Shown: positions 9,817-22,200 of the stretch, piece after piece
Numbering within the stretch: the stretch's first letter is position 1
Layout of the letters: each line of letters opens with the position of its first letter
NCBI GenBank assembly: GCA_964187785.1
Contig: OZ076409.1
Span: 78,184,001-78,248,000, forward strand
Length of the DNA: 64,000 nt
Direction of reading: 5' to 3'
Source of the DNA: Amphiscolops sp. MND2022
Taxonomy: Eukaryota
Made by a program: the position numbers and the translations under genes
Notes under the pieces: model-generated
Told to the model about the DNA's origin: nothing
The model's input: the letters and a program-made list of their open reading frames with translations, nothing else
Databases searched by the model: none

Positions 9817-11480
9817 TACTACTGCTACTACTACTACTAATGAAAGACTTAATTCCCTTTGTATTAAAAAGCATGGTCTAAAAGGCGGTATAAACGACTT
9901 TTACACGGTAAAAAGAAAATTTCAAGCACGACAGATGTTCCAAGAGCACTTAATAAACCAAGTGCAAGTACGATTTATTTCGAAGAAAGACACTCGATTA
10001 TGAAGGTAAATAGAAAGGTCCTTTCTGAAGCAGTTGAAGTTATCGAATACAGAAATTTTGATTGCTGATAGGTAGTTAGAGCAGCAGCAGATTCTCTGGA
10101 AGTAAGATTCCTGGGTTTTGAATTTGTGACAGGGTTTTACTGGGGAAAGATGGAGGGATTTGGAGCTTCTCAGATCATTAGCAGGATGGCTAAAACATAT
10201 TAAGTCTTTAATTTTTAGGTCATATTTGCCATGAATGGTCCTATTAAGGAAAAGCATGTCTTGGCAAACAAGATAGAACAAAATTGGAAGTGTGTGTTGC
10301 AGCAAGTTGTTGAAGATAGTTTGATAATCCAGTAACCCCGTAACTGTTGAACGATTTTTCAAAAATCATGTTGTTGGTCACAAATCAATGGTCGTGTTTG
10401 AGGATAAATGAAACGAAACATATTTTTTGCACGAATTAAGGATAATTGAGGCAAATTGCTAATTGGACGATATTTTTCCACGTTTTCGGGGTTATCGAAT
10501 TTGAGAATTGGCTTTTTTTAAACATTTCCAGAAATCAGGCCACTGTTTTGATTTGATAATGGTAATAAAAAGCTGGGTGACCAGAAGTTATAGTAGCCCA
10601 AGACAGGAGTTAAAGACGAACGTGGGAATGGGATCAGAGCTCAAATAATTTAAGGATGCAATGGAAAGTAATTCTTCAAACCACGAAATTTCAATTGTCA
10701 TATCCTGCAAAAACACTTGTGGACTTTTAGCTATTGGTAAGAATGTTGCGTTGCTTGTTTGGTATACCGAGCAGAAGTAGGAATTGAAGAGGTTAGCGAT
10801 ATGAATATTGGTGCTAGCTTTGATATGTTTCCAATTCATCTGGTTGGGTAAATGATTAAAAGAGAATGAGCGAGAGAATGTACTTGAAGCAAGAGCGAGT
10901 CGTATTGGGTAATAGACTGTCAATTAAGATAGTTTTGTCCGGTTCAATAAAATTTTGTATGTCGTCCTTCAACTTCTTTTGATATGTTGGTTCATAATTG
11001 TTTTTGCCAGCTGTGCGGAGCTTATTAATCATATGTACAGAGTGGGAGGAATAGAAATATGGAAACTCAAGTCTCCTCTTAGTTTTGCGATGACATGATG
11101 CACTGATTGCATTCATAAGCACTTGATACCAGAAGGCAACATAATAATCAAAAGAGAATTGAAGAAAACTGAAGTTAGGGAAGCTCAGAAGATCATAGTA
11201 GCGAGAAGACAGATTTTGATTGAAGCAGTGAGTGGAGAAAGGAGAATTTGAAAATTTTGATGTTGTTTGAGAACTTTGGTTGGACAAAGGCTTAGGTAAG
11301 GAAAACCATGCAATAACAGCAAAAAGATCCGAGTAAAGACTATCATCCACACAAACCGTAAAAATTCTGGAGTTGAGGTCAAAATGATATCGAGTAAGCT
11401 TCCGGAATTGTAAGTAGGTTCGAAAACAAGTGACAGGAGAATTAAATTTTCGACTTTTTCCAATACTGCAAGTTTTTAAC
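9817..11480 (-). mobile_element. Deleted/decayed CR1/L2-group LINE fragment inserted in the CRE element
   Basis: Minus-strand ORFs similar to ORF2 at 4202 (KRRLEFPYFYSSHSVH vs KRLNLPFYYTSHSIH; IANLFNSYF). Trinucleotide tail at 9817-9840. The CRE reading (RMDDKRS|KVFNAH) resumes after it. Confidence 0.8.
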
Positions 11481-12427
11481 GAAAGTTCGAAAGTTTTTAA
11501 CGCTCATGAAGGCAAATTCGGTTCTCAATGGCTGAACGTCGTCCCTTGCAAGAACCGAGGCCTAAAACTTGATGATCAGCAGCTTCGGATTTCAATTGGT
11601 TTACGTCTCGGAACCAACATTCGTGTTGCGCATACGTGCCACTGTGGTAAAAGAGTTGAGCGTGACGGTTTACACGGTCTCTCTTGCACCAACAGTGCTG
11701 GTCGCTCCTCACGTCATGCTACTCTCGATTCTCTCATAAAGCAGACGTAAGCATCTCTCGAATTGCCTTCAATGCTCGAACCGCGTGGACTGTACCGAAC
11801 TGATGGCAAACGCCCAGAAGGTGTTACCATGATTCCTTGGGAATGGGTAAACAGCTGGTGTGGGATGTCACGGTTGTGGATGCTCCTGAATCAGGCTCTT
11901 TATGCAACCCGGGAACAACCGCCACCGAGGCTGAAGCGCCTAAAGTTGAGAAGTATCGCGAAAGAAACAATGGATACATTTCTCAACCAATGGTTTTGGA
12001 AGAACAGGGTTATTTAGGCGAAAGCAGTGAAAATCTCATCACGCGTCTCTGTAAAGTGCTCTGTCGTTCGCACGACGATCAACATGCTGGCAGTTTTTTG
12101 AAGCAACGAATTTCAATGGCTCTTCAGACTGGCAATGCGGCCTGTGTTCTAGGAACTGTGAGCGACAGCGATGCTTCCAAATTAATTTATTACATATAGC
12201 TTATTTGTTTAAAACCTCTATATCATTGCAGTTTTTTAAAAAAATTTTCTACCGGTCGATTGGGATAGTGGCTGGTATGAGTTGTTTGTTGGTTGTTTTT
12301 TTTGTTACTGGTCTACTGGTATAGTGGATCGTATGGGGTTCCCTACTTTCGTTGCAGACCACGGATGTGTGTCTTCTCCCTCCATCATGTTGTTACACAT
12401 GGCACTTAATTGATGACCAAAATCCAT

Positions 12428-12457
12428 CCTAGTTGTTGTGATACACTTATTAAATAG
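12428..12457 (+). other. Candidate spliced-leader-derived 5' end, directly followed by ATG
   Basis: cctagttgttgtgatacacttattaaatag|ATG; matches 3338-3367. Confidence 0.6.
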
Positions 12458-15400
12458 ATGCGATATGGTGATGAGCCGACAAGAAGAAGCCCTAGGGGAT
12501 TTCAGAGATCGGACGAAGATAACGGGGGGAATCACAATGCAGAATGTACACCAAACGACGAGGCATGTCAAAGCATTTGCAAGAAGTGTGATGTGCAGGT
12601 CCTAAATGGTCAATTAGCAATAATGTGTGACATGTGCTCTATATGGTTTCATGAAGAATGTTCGAGTTTGTCCAAGAAGCAATTAAAAGTCATCGGAGAG
12701 ATCGACGCCCGAAAGTGGTTCTGTGGTTGGTGTGTGGACAATGTGGATGGTCGTCTCAAGTGTGTGTCTAACAATCTAGAAATGAAGAAGGACAACGAAG
12801 ATATAAAAAGATTAGTAACCTCGTTTACTATCAATAAAACATCTTATGCATCCAAAGTTTCGGAAAAACTAATGTTAAAGAAACTTGCACTGATAATCGT
12901 AAATATCCTGATGAGCAAACACTATAAATATCTGGCACAATAGATGATGATTTTCTTTCTTCTAGTGTATTACAAAAACGGAGGTTGTAGATTATTTTCC
13001 CCGGTAACAAACTGGATTTCATATTTACCAACAAGCTCGGGAAGATTGTTCTATTATTTAACAACAATGACTGTTGCACTAGAGTGAAAAGCAAGTGGCG
13101 TTCGAATCTTCTCGGGACAGATACTAGAGTTTTTTCACCGAATGAAAGCAGATGACATAGGGGTATAATCCAAGATGTGCCGATTGAAATTTCCACTGAT
13201 GACATTAAGAATGCTTTAGCTGGCGAAAAAGAGGAAGAACTTCAAGTGATCCGATATTTCAAAGGCAGAAAGGCCATTCCATTAGTGGAACTAGTTTTCA
13301 AGAAAGAATGCACTTTTAACAAAAATCTTCCAAATGGATTTACGCTAGAGTATATGTACTTCAAGATGGACCCAAAACGTACCACCCAACGAATTATTCA
13401 ATGTTTCAACTGTCAACAATGGGGTAGCCAGGTATCCAAAATTTGTAAAAATCATTCGTGGTGTGCTATCTGTGGCTACGAGCACCCAACAAACCGTCAT
13501 AAAGAATATGTATGCCATTAAAAACATGAACATGCAAAAGATAGTATCCCATCAAATGAAATCTACTGTGTGAATTGCGGCAAGGAAAACACATCATTTG
13601 ATAAAAACTGCGAAATGTACAAGGAAATATGGAAAACGTTGAACAGAGTCAACTCGTGATGAAGCAATTTCTCTTAGCTATGACTATAAATTTTGCTGGT
13701 CCCTCCGCTCACTCGTGTATTGCTGTGAATAAATATATAAACGACAACAACATAAAAGTTATTACGGCTCTGAACGTCATGGAAAATTTCAGGGTTTTGG
13801 TAACTACGATACCTAACGCGCTCGATCAAACAAACTTGTTTGCTCCTTGCTCATACTCAAACAATTAATTCCTATGAAGTGAAAATAACACCCAGAGAAG
13901 GCGTTGATTGCTGTTTTGCAGCAATCTCTTTTGAAAAGAGGAAATTTTTGCTGGGATCAAAACACGTACATTTAGGAAACACTGAGAACGTCAAATGCGC
14001 CACAGATGTTCTGGCTGAAGCGTATACGTTATGCAAAAATGAAAATGAAACCGGACCAATATTCTTCGGCGGTTGGAATTCGAGGCATCCGCAATGGGGT
14101 GATGAATTAGAAAATGAATAAGGTAAATTACTCGCCGACTACTGTGCCGACAATAGTCTTTCTATAGTAAGCCCTCACCAGCCCAATTTTATCTCAGCAA
14201 GCAAAAAAGGTAGCAGCATAATCGATTTTTGCATCACTGAACAAAGTTGCTCTGATCTAGTATGCAAATCACGTGTGATCGAAGATATCTAATTCTTCTC
14301 TGGTGCTTCAGAGCAAAGTCATTGGCTTGTTCTCTTTGATATAGATATTCCTGTGAAAAATGATAAACCAAAACGGTGTGTGCTAAACTACAAAATGGCA
14401 AATTGGGAAGAAATAAGTATACAACTGGAAAATAATATGGTGGAAAACATGGATACCATAATAACGGAAGCACCTACGAAAGCTCTCCTAACATTTATGG
14501 GCCTAGTGAGAGGTGCTTGTGAAAATTTGATTCCACGGAAAACATTTTGTAAACATTCCAAACCATACTGGAACTATAAATTGACTCACTTATCAAAAAT
14601 TGAAAGAACCACGCAACAACTATAGACTCCAATGTAACCCGAAAAACAAAAACAATGTTGAAATGGCAAAAATTGAATTCAAGAAGGAAATGAAAAAGAA
14701 TAATACCCGTTGGACGCAAAATGGCATCATACAAATGAATGAGGGAAACTCACAAACATTTTTCGGTACTATCCGCAAATTCAATGGTTCAATGGACTTT
14801 AATAACATAGGAGTACTTCGTCACAAGGGTAAGACACTGGAAAAAGATTGCCCTAAAGCTGCGCTCTTTCAACGTAATTTCTCCGATGGCGCACACCTTA
14901 CTGGTAAACTATATAACGACGCTTTTTATGAAAAAAACAAAAAGAGAAGTGAAACAAAAGTTGGCTCACGCCGTTGGGAAATATTACAAGGGGGATGCCA
15001 GAATGATCTGAACATGCCGATTACAATGAATGAATTTAAACAAGCCATGAAGAAAGTGAAGACAAACAACAAGAGCGTGGATCCTTATGGCTTTCACCCT
15101 AAACAATAAAAGGAATTCAACTTTAACACCATTAGCACATGTTTGCTTTTGATAAACAGTGCATTCTTCATGGGGATTTGGCCGTTTGATGAAACCATAG
15201 TCAAATTCTTGAAAAAATCTGGCAAAACTGATTATTCTAATCCATCTTCATGGAGATCTATTTCACTTACATCCCAATCAGGAAAAGTAGTTGAACGAGT
15301 ATTAGATAGAAGACTGATATCATCAGATATCCTCGACATTGATGAACAACAATTAGGTTTTCAGCCAGGCAAGTCCACTTTGCACTACTAATACAAATTA

Positions 15401-15994
15401 TATCATGATATCTTAGCAAAGAAAAAATTACCAACAGGTTATGATCTAGAGAAAGTTTTTGATTCCGTAGAGCAAACTTTATTGCTAAGCAAGCTAATAA
15501 ACTGTGGTTTAAATGCTCTAATGTTAGCTACTTCAAAATCGTTTTTATATCGAAATCAGTATTCAAGTCAATGATTATATCGATGTCACTGTCCCTCTTA
15601 TTGGTTCACCTCAGGGGGTTGTACTGTCACCACTTTTGTTTATATTCTATATGAAGGGCTTCCTCCAAGATGCGGACTTAACATTTAAGTATGCAGATGA
15701 CAGTACTGCTCTTTCAAGCAAAGAAACCCTAAGAACATCTTTAGAAAAGGCGGAAAGTTATACATACAAATGGAGGCAGGTGCTGATTAAGGACAAAACT
15801 GAACATATAAATTTCCCAAAAGAAGTATTTCAGTCCGACTATAAATTTGTTCAGGGAAGTAAAATACTTGGCTTATGGTTTGAACGAGATTTGAGTTTCA
15901 AAACACATGCTGCCATTATCTCTGCCTCAATATTTAATTTCTGGAAAAAAACTATATTGCTGAGCAAAAATATGCGCTTAAATATCAAATAACA

Positions 15995-16490
15995 GATTTA
16001 AGTATAATAAAACACAACAATGTCGATAAATTGAGTGTAATAGCTCGTCGGTCCACCTCTTTTTTGGATACATTGCATAATTCGTCTTGGCATGTAATCA
16101 ATAAGCTTTTTTTATTAAACTTTGTGGGTAGGTTAGCCAAAGATAGTTTAGCACGTCCTTAAGCTTGGTTGTATTTCTGGGCAATGGTTCCGTTTTTCGC
16201 AAGGATTGTTGAAGTTGATCACATCTCGAACTGATCCGGTTGATAAATAGCGCTGCCAAGTGTTCTTAACTGTTCGTTTTTGACATCCGTATTTGGCAGA
16301 AACTTGGTCAAATTTGCACCGAACTTAATTGCACGGATCAGTTCGCTTCTTTTTTCACACAAAAATCTGACCATGTTTCCTGACTGCAACTTCAAAACGT
16401 GATAAAGTTTTTGAATTGTATTCAAAATCTTCATGGTGGCGTGAAAAGTTTAGTTTTTCAGCTTCCTGTTTTAGCCTTCTCAAAATTTTG
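15995..16490 (-). mobile_element. Internally deleted Tc1/mariner remnant inside the LINE RT
   Basis: N-terminal HTH-like MVRFLCEKRSE..RYLSTGSVRD and the typical Tc1 C-terminus LIDYMPRRIMQCIQKRGGPTSY (read from the duplicate copy). Boundaries approximate. Confidence 0.7.
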
Positions 16491-17463
16491 CTTCAAGCGA
16501 ATATTTATGCTCAACAGTGTAGTATACTTATAACGCAAGGGTTAAATCCATTTTATGCTGTACGTATCTTTGATTCATATGTGAAACCACGTGTCACGTA
16601 CTGCATGACTATTTGGTTTCATCAAAGTATGACATCTCTGGACAAGATGTGGTGGAGTATTCATAAATCTATCTTTGGGATAAGAAACTACCAAGTATCG
16701 AAACACGTAGTTAGTGTTTTAAGTAATATTTGGCCTCCTTCTCCACTCTACACTAATCAAGTATTAATGTTTCTACATTCAACTGCCAGAAGTGCAGATA
16801 TTCTAAACCCTGTTAATTTAGCAATCAAACGCCAACATATTATTATGGTGAGATTATTTTGGGAAACAAACTTTCAATTGTAAATCGTGATCCTGATCAA
16901 ATAAAGGCAATATACATACAATATGCTAGACAATCCTCAGTCAGTACGTTTAAGAAGGAGGTGGATGAGTATTGCAACGAGAAATAAAGCAAGGTCTTAT
17001 GTACTCAAACTACTTGAAACAGCATCATGAAAATGCTAACACCAAATCCTAGGAAAAAATCTGTCAACACGCCACGTGTTATAATGAATGATCTTGAAGT
17101 ACGCGAAGTATTATTCAGATGTATCAAGAGCATAACCGATATTTGTCCCTATTGTAGAGTTGTCGATAATACTGCACAATTCTTCTTTCCCTGTGTCTCA
17201 TACCAAGAACAGAGAAGGAGTTTCATTAAGTAGCTTAAAAATCAAAAAATTTACGAAACGCTAGTTAGTTTGCTGAATTGCGAAAACAAGCATGTTATAA
17301 GCGCTTTGGCTGGCTTAATTGCAAGCATCGATTAATTCCTATAACCCTGCAATCCTCTCTTGCCTTTCTTCTGTTGAATTCTATTATACTATTTTCTTTG
17401 TTCTGGAATCAATGATAGAAAGTCATTTGTACTGCCACATCCTGCAGGTTAATTGATCTCTTC

Positions 17464-18303
17464 GGGAAAGGGTCTTTTCGGCAAAGACGTTTCGGCAAAA
17501 AAAAGTTCGAGACGTTTCGGCAAATTTTTCATGCCGAAACGTCCCGTATCATCTTGGTTTTGTTTTCGGTTTTCTACAAACTGGACCTAACCAGTTTGTA
17601 GAAAACCAAAAACAAAACCAAGATTATATACCAGTTTCTAGAATTCTGGAATTGAAGAAAAACCATAAGACCATTAATGTAGGAACGATGCAAAGCACAA
17701 AGCGTGCCTCGGATATGTCCTTATTTCCTCTAGTGCCCCGCGGCCCATTGGGGCGCTTATATACCCATCTTGCTAAGCGAGGTGGAACAGGAGCAAAGAC
17801 CTAGCGGGAACGGAGATCGCGAAGCGATCGTAGTGGGAGCTGGTCTTGGCGACGGTGAGGGCGAGCGTGCATACACTGGATATGCCCCACATGGGTGGCT
17901 GTAAATAGGTCGAATTTTTCTGGTCGAAAGGAGAGGTCGAACCTTTTGATCGAATTGCAGGGATCGAATGGAATGCGGTCGAATTTTATCGTATTTGTTG
18001 TATGACTCGGTCGCTTCGCTCCTGCATTCAGGGCACTAGGGGTATGTGAACATATCTGACTACGTTATGAAAATTTCGACCCGAGTTGATTCGATCTCAT
18101 TCAAAAATTTGGTATGTCGACCTGAGGACTAACTCTGATCTTCGATCCCGTTCCTTCGACCTACTTCCGCCCACCCGTCCCACATATCATACGAAACTTT
18201 TCGGCAAATGTTTTCAGCCTGGGACGTTTCGGCATAATTTTTTGCCGAAAAGTCTGCCGCCATGTTTTTGCAGAAACGTCTTTTGCCGAAACGTCCGGAA
18301 TCC
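17464..18303. mobile_element. TIR element of type B (TTCGGCAAA repeats), 8-bp TSD, with nested insertions
   Basis: ATCTCTTC (17456-17463) / ATCTCTAC (18304-18311); GG...CC ends; contains the same GC-rich core as 3100-3250. Confidence 0.75.
17893..18176. mobile_element. TIR element type C (GGGTGGC..TAGGTCGAA ends), 9-bp TSD, internally deleted
   Basis: GCCCCACAT / GTCCCACAT flanks; inverted termini; same family as 25315-25664. Confidence 0.8.
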
Positions 18304-18312
18304 ATCTCTACT

Positions 18313-19297
18313 TCCATGGTATCTTTTTTTTAGACCTATATATCGTTGCAGCTTAAAACAAAGTACCGGTCGACTGGGATAGCGGCTGTTATGATTAGTT
18401 TGTTGGTTGTTTTTTTGATACTGCGAACATGGCTGGTATGGGTTTCCCTACTTTCGTCGTGTCTTCTCCCCACAGGACGGTTTACACGGTCTTTCTTGCA
18501 CCAAGAGTGCTGGTCGCTTCTCACGTCATGCTACTCTCAATTCTCTCATAAAGCAGATGTTGGGATCTCTCGACTTGCCTTCAATGCTCGAACCGCGTGG
18601 ACTGTACCGAACTGATGACAAACGATCAGACGGTGTTACGATGATTCCTTGGGAAATGGGTAAGGTACAATTGGTCACTTCGCTTAATTTTTTTAAAGCT
18701 AAGTGTCTCGGGTATTGGTCACTTGGCTTAAAGTCATTTGACTTGAAACCACTTAGTTGAAAACACGCGGCAGATTTTGTCGAATTTATCTTTATAACGT
18801 AGTCAGCGTATTATCATAACATGTCATATCAAGTACCCCTCGGATATGTCCCCATTTCCTCTAATGCCCTGCGGCCCCTTGGGACCGCTTATATTCCCAT
18901 CTTGCTAAGCGAGGTCGAACAGGAGCAAAGACCTACCGGGAACGACGATCAACGAGCTGGCAGCTTTTTGAAGCAACGAATTTCAATGGCTCTTCAGACT
19001 GGCAATGCGGCCTGTGTTCTAGGAACTGTGAGCGACAGCGATGCTTCCAAATTAATTTATTACATATAGCTTATTTGTTTAAAACCTCTATATCATTGCA
19101 GTTTTTTAAAAAATTTTACTACCGGTCGATTGGGATAGTGGCTGGTATGAGTTGTTTGTTGGTTGTTTTTTTTGTTACTGGTCTACTGGTATAGTGGCTC
19201 GTATGGGGTTCCCTACTTTCGTTGCAGACCACGGATGTGTGTCTTCTCCCTCCATCATGATGTTACACATGGCACTTAATTGATGACCAAAATCCAT
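18313..19297 (+). mobile_element. Cluster of CRE 3' fragments plus a truncated type-A element
   Basis: CRE 3' UTR (18330-18470), then RLE-coding piece [22 protein letters not shown], then a TTGGCTTAA array (18664-18810), then CRE C-terminus and 3' UTR. Confidence 0.7.
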
Positions 19298-22200
19298 CCT
19301 AGTTGTTGTGATACACTTATTAAATAGATGCGATATGGTGATGAGCCGACAAGAAGAAGCCCTAGGGGATTTCAGAGATCGGACGAAGATAACGGGGGGA
19401 ATCACAATGCAGAATGTACACCAAACGACGAGGCATGGCAAAGCATTTGCAAGAAGTGTGATGTGCAGGTCCTAAATGGTCAATTAGCAATAATGTGTGA
19501 CATGTGCTCTATATGGTTTCATGAAGAATGTTCGAGTTTGTCCAAGAAGCAATTAAAAGTCATCGGAGGGATCGACGCCTGAAAGTGGTTCTGTGGTTTG
19601 GTGTGTGGACAATGTGGATGGTCGTCTCAAGTGTGTGTCTAACAATCTAGAAATGAAGAAGGACAACGAATATATAAAAAGATTAGTAACCTCGTTTACT
19701 ATCAATAAACCATCTTAAGCATCCAAAGTTTCGGAAAAACTAATGTTAAAGAAACTTGCACTGATAATCGTAAATATCCTGATGAGCAAACACTATACAT
19801 ATCTGGCACAATAGATGATGATTTTCTTTCTTCTAGTGTATTACAAAAACGGAGGTTGTAGAGATTCTTTTCCCCGGTAACAAACTGGATTTCATATTTA
19901 CCAACAAGCTCGGGAAGATTGTTCTATTATTTAACAACAATGACTGTTGCACTAGAGTGAAAAGCAAGTGGTGTTCGAATCTTCTCGGGACAGATACTAG
20001 AGTTTTTTCACCGAATGAAAGCAGATGACATAGGGGTATAATCCAAGATGTGCCGATTGAAATTTCCACTGATGACATCAAGAACGCTTTAGCTGGCGAA
20101 AAAGAGGAAGAACTTCAAGTGATCCGATATAACAAAGGCAGAAAGGCCATTCCATTAGTGGAACTAGTTTTCAAGAAAGAATGCACTTTTAACAAAAATC
20201 TTCCAAATGGATTTACGCTAGAGTATATGTACTTCAAGATGGACCCAAAACGTACCACCCAACGAATTATTCAATGTTTCAACTGTCAACAATGGGGTAG
20301 CCAGGTATCCAAAATTTGTAAAAATCATTCGTGGTGTGCTATCTGTGGCTACGAGTACCCAACAAACCGTCATAAAGAATATGTATGCCATTAAAAACAT
20401 GAACATGCAAAAGATAGTATCCCATCAAATGAAATCTACTGTGTGAATTGCGGCAAGGAAAACACATCATTTGATAAAAACTGCGAAATGTACAAGGAAA
20501 TATGGAAAACGTTGAACAGAGTCAACTCGTGATGAAGCAATTTCTCTTAGCTATGACTATAAATTTTGCTGGTCCCTCCGCTCACTCGTGTATTGCTGTG
20601 GATAAATATATAAACGACAGCAACATAAAAATTATTACGGCTCTGAACGTCATGGAAAATTTCAGGGTTTTGGTAACTACGATATCTAACGCGCTCGCTC
20701 AAACAAACTTGTTTGCTCCTTGCTCATACTCAAACAATTAATTCCTATGAAGTGAAAATAACACCCAGAGAAGGCGTTGATTGCTGTTTTGCAGCAATCT
20801 CTTTTGAAAAGAGGAAATTTTTGCTGGGATCAAAACACGTACATTTAGGAAACACTGAGAACGTCAAATGCGCCACAGATGTTCTGGCTGAAGCGTATAC
20901 GTTATGCAAAAATGAAAATGAAACCGGACCAATATTCTTCGGCGGTTGGAATTCGAGGCATCCGCAATGGGGTGATGAATTAGAAAATGAATAAGGTAAA
21001 TTACTCGCCGACTACTGTGCCGACAATAGTCTTTCTATAGTAAGCCCTCACCAGCCCACTTTTATCTCAGGAAGCAAAAAAAGTAGCAGCATAATCGATT
21101 TTTGCATCACTGAACAAAGTTGCTCTGATCTAGTATGCAAATCACGTGTGATCGAAGAAATCCAATTCTTCTCTGGTGCTTCAGAGCAAAGTCATTGGCT
21201 TGTTCTCTTTGATATAGATATTCCTGTGAAAAATGATAAACCAAAACGGTGTGTGCTAAACTACAAAATGGCAAATTGGGAAGAAATAAGTATACAACTG
21301 GAAAATAATATGGTGGAAAACATGGATACCATAATAACGGAAGCACCTACGAAAGCTCTCCTAACATTTATGGGCCTAGTGAGAGGTGCTTGTGAAAATT
21401 TGATTCCACGGAAAACATTTTGTAAACATTCCAAACCATACTGGAACTATAAATTGACTCACTTATCAAAAATTGAAAGAAGCACGCAACAACTATAGAC
21501 TCCAATGTAACCCGAAAAACAAAAACAATGTTGAAATGGCAAAAATTGAATTCAAGAAGGAAATGAAAAAGAATAATACCCGTTGGACGCAAAATGGCAT
21601 CATACAAATGAATGAGGGAAACTCACAAACATTTTTCGGTACTATCCGCAAATTCAATGGTTCAATGGACTTTAATAACATAGGAGTACTTCGTCACAAG
21701 GGTAAGACACTGGAAAAAGATTGCCCTAAAGCTGCGCTCTTTCAACGTAATTTCTCCGATGGCGCACACCTTACTGGTAAACTATTTAACGACGCTTTTT
21801 ATGAAAAAACAAAAAGAGAAGTGAAACAAAAGTTGGCTCACGCCGTTGGGAAATATTACAAGGGGGATGCCAGAATGATCTGAACATGCCGATTACAATG
21901 AATGAATTTAAACAAGCCATGAAGAAAGTGAAGACAAACAACAAGAGCGTGGATCCTTATGGCTTTCACCCTAAACAATAAAAGGAATTCAACTTTAACA
22001 CCATTAGCACATGTTTGCTTTTGATAAACAGTGCATTCTTCATGGGGATTTGGCCGTTTGATGAAACCATAGTCAAATTCTTGAAAAAATCTGGCAAAAC
22101 TGATTATTCTAATCCATCTTCATGGAGATCTATTTCACTTACATCCCAATCAGGAAAGGTAGTTGAACGAGTATTAGATAGAAGACTGATATCATCAGAT

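Larger units (their letters stand above)
2550..12427 (+). mobile_element. Decayed CRE-clade (RT + restriction-like endonuclease) non-LTR retrotransposon, interrupted by nested insertions and partly duplicated internally
   Basis: RT pieces SSAGLDGISP, FFGAKLIPLKK-(P)DGGLRPIAIGNTFRRLSAK (7871-8170 and again 8450-8700), YLDD-like region at ~9085 and LALPAKEGG. The C-terminus has [45 protein letters not shown], and stop at 12199. Many frameshifts. Confidence 0.8.
12428..18312 (+). mobile_element. Decayed full-length I/Jockey-group-like LINE (PHD + zinc-knuckle ORF1, APE-RT ORF2)
   Basis: PHD at 12580-12735; CFNCQQWG..C, CAICG..H and CVNCG knuckles; GGWNSRHPQWG (APE); SWRSISLTS, QLGFQPG and YADD (RT); many stops. 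TCCAT is duplicated at 12423-12427 and 18313-18317 within the CRE 3' end. Confidence 0.8.

Noticed and set aside
12428..12470. SL RNA gene targeted by the adjacent CRE element
   Set aside because: The leader is followed by ATG, not a GT donor and Sm site; it lies inside a TSD-bounded LINE; the 3338 copy is not next to a CRE end.
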